Below are positions 1 to 11,234 of a stretch of DNA of 64,000 bases, piece after piece. Position 1 is the stretch's first letter, and each line of letters begins with the position of its first letter. This stretch comes from Cyanophora paradoxa CCMP329 (lineage: Eukaryota; Plantae; Glaucophyta). Location of the stretch: positions 62,001-126,000 of the forward strand of contig QPMI01000192.1 in assembly GCA_004431415.1 (NCBI GenBank), given 5' to 3'. The position numbers and the translations under genes are program-made. The notes below the pieces were generated by a model, which saw only the letters and a program-made list of their open reading frames with translations, was not told where the DNA came from and searched no databases.

Positions 1-779
1 GCTGCGTCGCCGTGGGCGTCGTCACCCGACGACCTGCGAGAGCTCCCGGCTGAGCTGGGGATCTCGGAATGGCTGCCTGCAGCTGCGGCGTGACCGCCGC
101 CTCGTCGCGGGTGTGCTTCTTCTACGTGCGCCTCGCCGGGCCCGTCCTGGCCTCGCTGTCGGTGTGCGCGGCCGGGGGCGGTTGGATGCGCATGATCGGA
201 AGCCGCCGTCGTCGTATCTGAACCGTCGCTGGCCCCGTGCCTCAGCCGAGACGTCGACGCTGATGCCGCGTGAATTGAGGCGGAGTAGAGCTGCTTGAGC
301 TCTCTGGACTCGCGCGTGCCACCGCCCCTTGAGGCCTCGTGCTGTCGTTCGAAACGCGATATGTGAGCGAACGTGTGTGCGGGCAAGCACAGGCGCGGCT
401 GCGGGAGAAGACAGGCGGCGAGGGCGAAGGGCGATCCAGGCGGGTCATGTTACGCATCGGATCGACTCGGAAAGGCTATAATAACTCTCTAGGACGGCGG
501 AGGGGCGAGGCGAAGGAGAAAGCCTCACCTCTGTGGTCCGCGATTTCATGGCAGCTCAAAGATACAGAGAGATTTCTACGACGCCTCTCATCACCGCCGC
601 AGGCTCGCTCTTGCCTCCACTGGCTGGCTTTCGTGGTCGCGGGAGCGCAGCAGGGGTACGCCTCGCGCACTCCACAAAGCGGCCGCAGCAATGCCCGTGC
701 GTCGCCGGCTGCCTCTTGCGCGTCCGTATAACAAGTTTTGCGCTTTAGAATGGGCGGCTGCTCCTCGCCGGGCTGCTGC

Positions 780-2601
780 ATGGCGCGGTCGCTCGATCGT
801 TAGGCGAACCGCGCGTAGCGCCCGCAAGCGAATCTCACTAGCTATGCACTGTTCCGATGCCTGCTGACACACCCGCGGCGGGCGGCAGGAGCCAGAAACA
901 GCGGAGCCGGAGGCGGCACCCTCAGCAGAGCACGCCGCGCAGAGCGAGCAGGATGCCGCGCAGAGCGAGCAGCAAGGACCCCACAAGGCAAAGTCTCCGC
1001 GGAAGAAGCCCCTCGGCGACTCCGTGACGGTGCGCGGACCGCTCGCTGCTTTTAGTCGCTCCCGGAAGCGAGCAGCGGCGCAGGACTGGCCCTTCTTCGC
1101 AGGCGGAGGCTTCAGGCTCGGCAAGAAGGGCGTGGATCCCTTCAAGAGCCGACCCGGAGGTGCGCTGCGCGGGGGCGCCTGCGCCGTGACGCGCGGCCCG
1201 GCTCACGCGACCCGCAGAGTTCCTCACACCCCCTTCCATACCGAGGAGGCGGCCGCCGCGACAGCCGCCCCAGGCGGCTGCAGCGCCGCCTCCGAAGCCG
1301 CGGAAGCGCGTCGTGCAGCCGGCGCCGGACCCGGGGCCAGCGGCCGGCGAGAAGCTGCCGCAGCTGGCCGAGGGGGACGAGGGCGCGGCGGAGGCGGCGG
1401 AGGCGGGCGGCAGCGGCGGCGAGGAGGGGCTGGCGGCGGAGTCCTCGCAACAAGGCGAGGCGCGGGGGCCCCTCAGCACGGCGGAGCGGCGGAGGCGGGT
1501 GCGGGAGCTGCTGCAGCCGGCGGCGGCCCTGGCGGAGGAGCGGCGCCCCCGGAGCCGGAGCAGCACGTACCCCCACGAGTCGGCGGCGCTGATGCAGGCG
1601 AACGTGATGCAGCAGTACGCGGGGAGCGTCGAGCCGGGCTTCGGCGTCAACCGCGACGCCTCCCCCAGCGCGAACCCGCGGCTCCAGGTGTACCTCCCGG
1701 GCGGCCCGGAGGGCCCCTCGGAGCGGCTGTACCCCGGGCCACAGCGGAGGTCGCCGCCGCGGCAGGAGGAGGACCCCGAGGCGCTGTGGGCGGCCGCCGA
1801 GCTCGCCGAGGGCTCCCGCCGCGGCCCGCAGCTCAAGGGGCTCCGCCTGCCCGCCGGCTACGAGGTCTCCCACCGCCTGTACCCCCCCAAGAAGGCCCCG
1901 GGGAAGGGCGCCAGCCCCGCGCCGGCGGTCCCGGGCGGGGGGAGGAGGCCCGGCAGCGGCTCGGCGGCGGGGGCCGGCGGCGGGGGCGGCGGGGCGGAGC
2001 GAGCGGGGCGGGGGCGGCGGCGGCGCCGGCCGCGGCGCAGCAGACGGCGGCGTTCCTGGCGCAGACGGAGGAGGAGGCGAAGGCGTCGGCGGGGGAGAAG
2101 CTGCACCTCCCGGGCCTGAACCTGAAGTTCCTAGAGGAGCAGCGCGCCGAGCAGGAGCGGGTGCGCCCCGCGCCCCGCCCCGCCCCGCCCCGTCCGGCTC
2201 CGCCATCGCCCCGCAAATCGCCCTCCCGCCCACGCGCCGCCGCCCGCGCGCCGCAGGAGAAGCGGATGTCGCGCGTGAAGATGCGGCAGCTGCGCATGCA
2301 CACGAACAGCGAGCAGGTCGCCTACATGGTGCGCTCGCTCGTCCGCCCGGGCGAGCGTTCGTTCGCTTGGGAACGGGCCCCGACCGGATTCGAACCGCCG
2401 CAGTACCGGAAGGCGCTGCAGCACCGGGAGGTCGCCTCGCAGCAGGTGGCGCCCCTGCACGGCGGGCTCCTCGGCCGCTCCGTACCCCCCGCGCCCGGCG
2501 GGGCCGGGGGCGGGGCGGGGGTGGACGCCGGCCGGCCCGGCTCCGCCGGCTCTCTCGGCTTGGACGGCGGCGAGGGCGGGTACGACGACGCCGATTTGTA
2601 A
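780..2601 (+). CDS. Multi-exon hypothetical protein (low complexity, Ala/Gly/Glu-rich)
   Basis: Coding-like exons (e.g. 1313-1950 and 2040-2160 FLAQTEEEAKASAGEKLHLPGLNLKFLEEQRAEQER). GT..AG intron 2161-2256. Last exon ends in TAA at 2601. Start codon uncertain; no family recognised. Confidence 0.45.
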
Positions 2602-2908
2602 AGCGACCGGATGTACGTGTACATCTCCAATGCAGGCAGAGGCTCTGATCATGAAGCCTCGAGAGGCGCCGGGCCCCCCGGCCCCCCGCTGGAGGAAGCA
2701 AGCATGCGCACATGATAATCCGATCCTGGTTAACTCAATCCTGGTTCAAATAAAACTAGCTTACAGAGGGGCGGCCAAGAGTACAAGTGAGAACCCCGCG
2801 AGGCTGCGGCGCCCCAGCGCAGAGGCGGGGGGGAACAGGGGAGGGGAGGATCTGGAGGGCCCGAGGGGGATGGGGCGCGCTGCCGGCGCCGGGCCGAGCT
2901 GGGAACGC

Positions 2909-4454
2909 TCAGTGCTGGGTCTTCTGACGCTTGGAGGAGCGAAGGGGCTCCCACGCGCGGATGAGGACGTCGTGCTGCTCCGCGGGCCGCGCCGCAATGC
3001 GCACGAAGCTGCGCGGCGGGGCTCGGGTCGGAAGGGTGATGGGGCGGGTGGGTGGGGTCGGATCCGGACCTGTTGCACTTGTACCCCGGCTTGCCCGAGC
3101 GGACGGGTACGCCGGCCGCCTTCGCGAGCCTGCGGGGGCGGTCGGGGGATGCCAGGGGACGGCGGGGAGGGGTACGCCGCACTTGACGGCCTCCTCGGCG
3201 GTCTCCTCGGAGCCGCAGTCGAGCCAGAGCCAGGAGAGGAACGTGTGCCCGTGGACCTTCCAGTCCGGGTGGTGCTCTGCGTCGACGCGCAGCGCGGCTT
3301 AGGGAGGCGCGCGCGGGACGGCGGAGGCGGAGGCGGCGCGGGTGGGCGGAGGCGCACGCGTGATCTTGTCGGCGGTCTCCTTGCGCCACGCCGCGGTGAC
3401 GTCCCACGTGCGCTTCATGTACTCCTCGTCCTTGAGGACCTCCGTGAGGAACGCAAGGCCCATGCAGTTCACCGACCACGGGACCTGCCCCGCGCGCGCG
3501 CTCGACGCGTGTGGGGACCGTCCCGCGAGCGGCGCGGCGCACCTGGTGCGTCTTGATCCTGTCGATGTGCTCCTTCGTCGGCGCGAGGACGCTGCCGAGG
3601 CGAATGCCGGTGCACGACCAGATCTTGGTCCAGCTGTGCATGACGAATACCGAGATCTTGCGCTTCGCGTACAGGTCAGCGATCCAGGCCGTCTGGCTCG
3701 TCTGCGCAAAGGCGCGGAAAAGAAATCATAAGGTAATCGGCACGCGATGCACGCTCGCGGAAGCCCGGCGCGCACCAGGCTGTCTTCCCGCCAGTGCGGG
3801 CCTAGCCAGAGCTGCATGCTCTCGTCGATGAGGACTGCGCTGTCGTCGGCCGCCTCCGCCTCGATGTAGGCCTTGATCTCCTGCACGTTCATGTACTCGC
3901 CCGTCGGGTTGTTCGGGTTGATGATGGTCAGGACTGCCGCCTTCTGCGTCTTGTCGTGCGGGTCGATCACCTTCCGCCCGTCCGCCTCCGCCGCGCGCTG
4001 GTACTCCTTGTACTGCGCGGTAGTCTTGCAGGGCTTGAAGTGGCCGCGGGGCGCGAGGCGGATCACGAGATCGATCAGCTCGCTGGCGCCGTTGCCGAGA
4101 AGAATGCGGCTGTGCACGTTCTTGCGCGCGTCCACGTCCGCCTTGGGGCCCGCGATCCAGTTCGCCAGGTCCGTGAGGTGCGGCTCGAAGTCCGCTGGCG
4201 GGTAGTGGTGGATCTCTACGCTGCGGGCAGCCGCCAGCGCCTTGGCGGGCGTGCCGAGGCCATTCGTCGTAACGCTGAAGTCCTCAACGAAGTTGTCGCA
4301 GAACTTCCAATCCTGGCCGCCGTGGAACCTGGCGGGGCGGCGAAGGAGTGCGCGGTGAGCGTCGCGCGCGCGGTGCGCGGCGGCGGGGGGCGGCGCACGT
4401 CTGCGTCGCCTCGTCCCACACCGCGTGCGAGCCCGTTCCGTTGCCCTTCGTCAT
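2909..4454 (-). CDS. PLP-dependent class I/II aminotransferase-fold enzyme (CobD threonine-phosphate decarboxylase / HisC-like), spliced
   Basis: Motifs FHGG..DFSVTTNGLGTP, LLGNGASELID, INPNNPTG, LIDES, and PLP-lysine motif HSWTKIWSCTGIRLG. ATG at 4454, TGA at 2909. Confidence 0.85.
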
Positions 4455-4588
4455 TGCAGCTTTCGCGGGCGATTTCGGGGGGGTACGGACGTGGCGACCC
4501 TTGCTGACTGGCGCCTGGCAGCGGGTGACTGCGCTTGTAAGTGGCGCACGCGCCTCGCGGTTAGCTAACGCGATCGCACGCAGCAGCT

Positions 4589-6579
4589 ATGGCCAAGACG
4601 GCGGCTAACCGCCGCGGCGCCGGCCGGTGCGTGCGGGGCGCAATCAATATCGCCGCAATGTGTTGCGCCGACCTGGTTTATGATCGCCTGATCCAGACGC
4701 GCGCGCAGTGCCAGGAGGAACGGCTGGCACCCGCGCGACGGGACCCTCGACCTGTCGAACAAGGGTCTGACTGTGTGGCCGACGCAAATGCTCGGGAGCC
4801 TGGGCTCGCAAATTCGCGTGCTCAATCTCTCCAAGAATCAGCTCACGAGCATCCCGGGGGCGGAGCTCGCGAAGCTAACGAGCCTGGAGGTCCTGTACGT
4901 GGAATGCAGCAGCGGCGCTCTCAAGGAGCTGCCGCCGGAGATCGGGCGGCTCGCGCGCCTGCAGAAGCTCAGCGTCCAAGGCAACCAGCTGGCGGCCCTG
5001 CCGGCGGAGATCGGGCTGCTGGCGAACCTGCACGAGCTGGACGTGCGCGACAACAGGCTGCGAGAGCTGCCGCCTGAAATCGGGCGGCTCGCGCATGTGC
5101 GGCTGCACGTAGGCGGCAACCCCCTCAGGTCGATGCCGAAGCACGCCCGCGTGTCGGGAGACGCCGCCCTAGCCCACCTCCGCTCCCTCTTCGCTTCCCC
5201 TGACGCCGTGAGCGCGAGCCGCTTCCCTCGGCCCCCGTCCGCTCGATCCGAACTCGGAATTGCCCCGCAGGAACGTGCCGGAGCGGCCATGGCCGGGGGC
5301 GGCGCCCCCACGTCAGCGGTGCGCGCGTTGGCGCTGATTGCGCCTGCGTGCTTGCCGCGCCGCCGGTCCGACGCGCTCCACCTTCTGCAGGCGCCGGCTA
5401 GCGATTCAAAACCGCCGGAAGCGGCCGCGGGCCAAAGCACCGCCGGCAGCTCTAGACCTGCCGCGGCACAGGTGCATCCCGCGCCCGCGAGAGCGCTGGC
5501 GGATCAGAAGCTGCTGCAGCCTTCGGTGCAGCAGCAGCCGATTCGAATTCGTGTGCAGCTGGCGCAGCATGTGGAGGAGCAGACATCGGAGACGCAGCAG
5601 CAGCAGCCGGCGCCAAGGCAGACACTGGCGGGGCAGCCGAAGACCCCCGCGGCGCCGGCGCCGGATGCGGAGGTCGAGGCGCTCCGGAGTCGCCTCGCGG
5701 CGTCGAAGGTCGTGATCACGGATCTGCAGAAGCGCATCGCGGAGAAGGCGAAGTACCAGCTGCAGGCGGAGAGGGCGCAGGAGCTGGAGGCGGCGAACGG
5801 GGCGCTGGAGGGGCGCCTCGCGGAGGCGGCAGAGAAGGCGCTGGCTTCCGAGCAGCAGCAGCAGCAGGCTCTCGCGGAGGCGGCCAGCAGAGCGCAGGCT
5901 TCCGAGCTGCAGCTGCGGAGGATGGCAGCCGCGATGCAGGAGCAAGCGCGGGCGACGCTCGAGCAGCGGCGTGCGATGCACGAGCAGCAGCAGAAACTGG
6001 CGGCGGAGGGCACGGCGCTCCGCGGACACCTCAGGCGCCTCGTGGAGACAGAGATGCAGCTCAGGTTCCAAGTGCAGGCCGCAGACCATCGGCAGGCGGT
6101 CCTGCAGAATGAGATCTCCTCGCTTCAGAAACGCCTCTCCGAGGCGAACGAACGGCTGGCGCTCTACGAGGGCGGGGCGGGGCCCGGCGGGCCCGGGGCG
6201 CCGGTGCGGCGCTGGAGCGAGGCTGAGCTGGCGGTGGCGGCCCAGCGGCTCAAGGCCGCAGCTAGGCGGTTGAGCGATCTGCGCTTCGAGGCGAAGGTAG
6301 AGTCTGCCGTAGAGGAGCGCGTCAAGCGGAGGCGCCTCGAGAGCCTGTCTGCGTTCGAGTGCACCGTGCGCGGCGCCCGGCCGCCGCCCTCCGCCCCGAA
6401 GAAGAGGCGGCCCTCGTCCGACGCAGGCGCCGCAGATCTGCTGCGAGGAGCAGGAGGTGAAGAAGAAGCGCGTGCTCACGAACTGCGGGCACGTCTTCTG
6501 CGCGGCGTGTGCGGGGAGGCTCGCCGAGTGTGCAACGTGCCGCAAGCCCGTCACGGGCACGTCGCTCATTTTCGAGTGA
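4589..6579 (+). CDS. LRR + coiled-coil + C-terminal C3HC4 RING E3 ubiquitin ligase (LRSAM1-like architecture)
   Basis: ATG 4589 splices in frame through intron 4627-4708. LRRs of type LxxLPxEIGxLxxL, then a long Q/E/A coiled coil. After intron 6366-6436: CTICCE...CGHVFCAAC...CATCR, TGA at 6579. Confidence 0.85.
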
Positions 6580-6719
6580 GCCACACTGTCTCTAGACTGA
6601 GATCTAGTTGTAGCTTAGTAGACAACTTGTATGTTTAGTTTAACTTCGAATGCGCTTCGGCTGGCGCCGGGCGGGCGGTAAGGTGCTACTGTGGTGCCGC
6701 GAATGGCGCCAGCGGACAG

Positions 6720-7400
6720 GCGGAGCGACAGGCAAGGACGGCGCCGGCAGGGGCCCCCGCCTCGCGATCGGGGGGCCGCCGGGCGCCTCGGGCGGGTCCG
6801 CCCCCTCGCCCTCCTCCTCGCTCCCGCTGCCCTCCTCCTCGCTCGCCGAGCCGCCCTCGAGGGTCGGGGCGAGGGCGGGGCCGGCCGCCCTCCGCCGCGG
6901 CCGCGCCTTCTCCTCCAGGAGGACGCCCGAGGGGTCGAGCGCCGCCGCCGCCGCTGCGGGCCTTGCCGCCGCGGGGCCCAGCTGCACACGCGGGGCGTCA
7001 GCCGCGGCCGGAGCCACGGGAAGGGCGGGGGCCGGGGGCACCTGGTAGGCGCCGGCGAGGGAGGAGGCGTCGGAGAAGGCGGAGGCGGTGCACGTGGAGC
7101 GGGCGCGCGGGGCGAGGCCGCCGTCCCCGTCCCCGCCGTCGGCGCCGGGGCGCCGGCCGGCGCCGGCGGGGAGGGCCCGCGCCGGCCCGAACAGCGCCTC
7201 CGCCGCGTCGGCGGCCGCCGCGAAGCGCCCCGCGACGGAGCGGCGGAGCATGCGCGCGAGGGCGGCGCCGAGCTCCGCCCCGAAGTCCCCCTCGGGGCAG
7301 CGCGCCGGCTCCCATGGCCAGTCGCAGAAGAGCTCCAGCGCCGGCCGCCGCCTCGTCATCATCTCCACGCACGTCGCCGCCAGGCTGCACTCGCCCCGGA
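6720..7400 (-). pseudogene. Partial inverted copy of the 3' part of the receptor kinase gene (matches ~13870-14500)
   Basis: Near-identical DNA (LAATCVEMMTRRRPALELFCDW...). 5' truncated and carries a 6-nt CCATGG insertion. Confidence 0.8.
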
Positions 7401-7404
7401 CCCA

Positions 7405-9570
7405 AGCAAGTGATCATGATCATGACCTGCGAGCGGTACTATAGCTAGTACTACGGTAGCCGGGGTCACCGGGTATCGGGCCCGCGGGGGCGTACGTGCA
7501 CGCTCGAGCTCGAGCGCTAGCGTGCGCGGAGAGCTCGAGGTACCAGTGCACGCGTACGCGTACGTATATACGTGGCGGTTCGAGCGTGCGCGGAGAGTTA
7601 ATTACTCGGGGACTCGGGATCGGAGGACTCGGGAGACGGGCGAAGGGGACGGCGAAAGCGCTGCGCGTGCCGCGCCTGCAGCTGATGATCATGAGTCGAC
7701 GTCGTCTAGATCTAGATCTCGTTGACGGGGGTATACGTATACGTAGAGGCGCTTACCACACCAGCACCAGCTGCAGACAGCCTCAGCACCAGCACCGCAG
7801 AAGTACCGTTGTGCCGTTCTGGGACCACCGTGGCACCAGCGGCGCGTGCGGGCCGCCTTCGTTCAGCGAGTTTGCGCACGCCGGCGCGCGCCGGCGCAGG
7901 AGTATTTCAGCACGATGGCGACGAGGGTTCAAGATGCTTCCATCCGCGGCTTGCTCGTGCGCGACGCGTACGCCTGTGGGTGGATCTTCGTTGATCTCCA
8001 TCGGGCCGGGGCGCGGTTGGCGCACTTCGGCACTGACATTGCTTGCTCCAGCAGATGTTGGGGTGCTCGTTCGAAGGTCAGCGCACCATGGGAGACGCAG
8101 CCCCTTGGCCCAGCGCCTGCAGGCGCGGCGATGACCTCGAACTCGGCTGCGGCCGTCTGGGCCAGATCAAAATTGATCCGGAGCGAAAGCCCACTCTTCG
8201 ACTCCTGATAGTCAAAAATCCATCCAGCTGCAGCGCCGCGAGGGAGAACGACGACGCGTGCACGACCGGAAGGCTGAAGCGAGAGCTCGAGGTGCTGCGC
8301 TGTATATATGTCTAGCCGCAGCGGCGGCATATGCATTCTAAATCTCTCGCCGCCGATTTATTTCGATGGATCGTCGCGCCGTGCCGGCCTTGCGCTCCGC
8401 GCATACTTATACGCCATCCGCGTGACGGATTTGCTCGCAGGACGCCCGCAAGGCGATCAGCCGCAGGATGCAACCGACAATTGCAAGAAAAAAGCCGCTC
8501 GCTGACGAAGGTGCTCTCGGCGCTTCTGAAGGCTCTCGCGACGAGACGCCAGCGGCAAGGCCGCCTCCGCTGTGTCGTTCGAATTCGGAGCCCGAGTTAG
8601 GAACAGTGAATTTCGAGATCTTTATTTGATGAAATTCATCGATATCGCCGAGTCGAGTCATCCGATGCGCAGAATACGGCTGTGAGCTCGAGCCTTCTTC
8701 TGCAGAGCGTCCAAGATCGCGCGAAGATCGCTCCTCTCACCGGCAGGTGCCGGCGCCGGCCCGAACGCGAGGTCCGCGGCGCCATGTGGAGCGCGCTGAA
8801 GCTGCGCGCTCTCGTATCCGCGATGATTCATGGCACGCGCGCGCAGGCTCCAGTTTTTCGTGCGCCGGACGCCGCACGATCATCGTCGTCAACGAAAGCA
8901 TCGGTAAATTCAAATCCCCGATATCGATAGGACCGGATGCCGATGCCCGGCCAGCAGATACTCTCGCTGATCATGACAGACATCAACGCAGGCTCAGGTC
9001 GCCCACGCAGACGTGGCCATAATCTGCGAAGTGCGTGCCCGCCAGGATGCGCGCGCGCGCCTCCGGATCCGCATGCGCATATACTTATACGCGCTGGCCG
9101 CCAAATAATTTATAAGCTGAGCGACTCGATCGGGCGTCTCGCAGACCGTCAAGCTTATCGCATTTTACAACACGCTCCTGATCGCATTCGTCGCTTCCGT
9201 GGTTCTTGTCATCGTGTGCATGATCGCGTCGACGTCGGCGAACACGGTAACTCGGTGGCTCGAGCTACATTACAAAAAATAAGCTTAAGCCGCTCTCAGC
9301 CTTAGCTTCAAGCTAAGGCTTGTCTGTAGATTCCCTTGTCACTGGGCCATGTCGATGCATATGTCTTCGGCCTGATCGATATCGATATCATGATCGATTC
9401 GATTACGTATACCACCGTGGCACCCGCGGGCCGGGCCCCGTCGGGCCAGGCTTAAGCTTCGTTTCGTCCCCGGCCCCCCTCCCCTCCCCCAACTATATAT
9501 TGGCTGCGTCTTCGAATTCGAGCTTCCTGAATTTGCACGTCACGGCGTAGTTCTAGATCTAGATCTAGCG
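7405..9570. other. Palindrome-dense degenerate region with an unidentified gene remnant (~7780-8340, minus strand)
   Basis: Runs such as TGATCATGATCATGA 7411, ACGCGTACGCGTACG 7550, TCTAGATCTAGATCT 7705 and 9552, ATCGATATCGATATC 9375. The coding-like fragments are broken. Confidence 0.55.
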
Positions 9571-9629
9571 CTAGCTGTATGATAGTATCGAAGGCGCGCA
9601 AGGCCTCTGCCGCAGCGAAGGGGAAGAGC

Positions 9630-10115
9630 GGGGAGGGCGGGGGGCACCTGGTAGGCGCCGGCGAGGGAGGAGGCGTCGGAGAAGGCGGAGGCGGTGCAGT
9701 TGGAGCGGGCGGGGGCGAGGGCGCCGTCCCGACTCCCCGCCGTCGGCCCCGGGGCCGGCGGGGAGGGCCCGCGCCGGCCCGAAGAGTGCCTCCGCCGCGT
9801 CGGCGGCCGCCGCGAAGCGCCCCGCGACGGAGCGGCGGAGCATGCGCGCGAGGGCGGCGCCGAGCTCCGCCCCGAAGTCCCCCTCGGGGCACCGCCCCGG
9901 CTCCCAGTCGCAGAAGAGCTCCAGCGCCGGCCGCCGCCTCGTCATCATCTCCACGCACGTCGCCGCCAGGCTGCGCGCGCCCCGGACCCTCTCAGCCGCG
10001 CCCGGCGGGGCACGAGGGGCGGCCGCGGGGCGCCGGCGCTCGCCTGTAGAGGTCGGAAGAGGGCGTGGGGCGCCCCGCGCGCTGCTCGGGGTCGGCGTAG
10101 GCGTAGGTCCCGATC
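9630..10115 (-). pseudogene. Second partial inverted copy of the receptor kinase gene (matches ~13740-14230), intron retained
   Basis: IGTYAYADPEQRAGRPTPSSDLY..LAATCVEMM segment nearly identical, including the GC-AG intron, so a DNA-level duplication rather than a retrocopy. Confidence 0.8.
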
Positions 10116-10160
10116 TTCGGCTTCGCTGCTTCGTGCGACAAGCCTCACATCGGACCCGTG

Positions 10161-10860
10161 CTGATAGGCAGCGGGGCGCGCTCACGGGTGGACTGTGGTG
10201 CCGACAGCGTGCTGCGACGGTCGGGCTTAGCGATCAGCGCGGAGCGTTCTTACCTGCTCTTACGCTCGCTTGGAGTGTCCACGTGCTCCAGCGAACAGCG
10301 GCGGACCCAGCGGACACGCACACACGGCCGTAGAGCCCGAGAGCGGTTCGCGCCAACCGCTCTCGGGCCCGAATCGAGAGCAGAGAAGCCGCGGCGCGCG
10401 GCCCACACGAGCTCCGACCTAGCCGGACTGTCAAGCAGTGTCAACAGCACGTGTCGATGGCCGGAGCCTCTGCACGCCCGCACGCAATCAGCCAGCAGCC
10501 CGTGACAGGTACACGAAGTGGGCGCGGGCACAGCGCCTTCGCGCGGAGCCGTTAAACCTGCTCTTACGCTCGCTTGGAGTGCCCACGTGCTCCAGCGACC
10601 AGCGGCGGACCCAGCGGACACGCATACACGGCCGTAGAGCCCGAGAGCGGTTCGCGCCAACCGCTCTCGGGCCCGAATCGAGAGCAGAGAAGCCGCGGCG
10701 CGCGGCCCGCACGAGCTCCGACCTATCCGGACTGTCCACAGCGCGTGTCGACGGCCGGAGCCTCTGCACGCCCGCACACAGTCAGCCAGCAGCCCGCGAC
10801 CGGTACACGAAGCGTGCGTGGGTCTAGCGCCTCTGCATGGAGCGGATATACCTGCTCTTA
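10161..10860 (-). repeat. Dispersed/tandem ~295-305 bp intron-exon cassette repeat with 14-bp hairpin (two full units plus terminal segment)
   Basis: Units start at ~10252, 10556 and 10850. Perfect stem GCCCGAGAGCGGTT-cgcgcc-AACCGCTCTCGGGC at 10335-10368. Homologous to 29741-30126 and 30992-31530. Confidence 0.85.
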
Positions 10861-11234
10861 CTGTGTTCCACGTGCTGCACGCAGCGAAGTCGACCGGCGG
10901 CGCGCAACGAGCGACGATGAAATATGCTCGCGGGTTCGGCTCCGTTCCGAGCACCTTCCGGACTCTTGGGCAAATCTCGCCCTCCAAAAGCTTTTGGGCT
11001 CTTTCGTAGCTGTAGAATTCATCCAAGCACAATCGTTCTTTCGGGCTGCAGCGCATTTGATCCAGAAGGATCTCCCGCGTTCTCGAGACTGTAGCGCCCC
11101 AGGAATTGCTGGAAGCATGCTGTAGCTGTAGTCTTGCATTGCGGAACATCAGCTCCGGCGCTCTGTGTGGAGCTCTGAAAGTCGGAGCCTTGCATGGCAC
11201 GTGTGCAAGGAGGCACGCCGCCGCATTCACCGCA

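Noticed and set aside
7780-9020. Assigning a function to ORF fragments in the palindrome-rich region
   Set aside because: No recognisable motifs, and the frames are interrupted.
10335-10368. Cassette hairpin as a hammerhead ribozyme or Helitron 3' end
   Set aside because: No CUGANGA/GAAA core, the hairpin is internal, and the CTAG after it occurs in only one copy.
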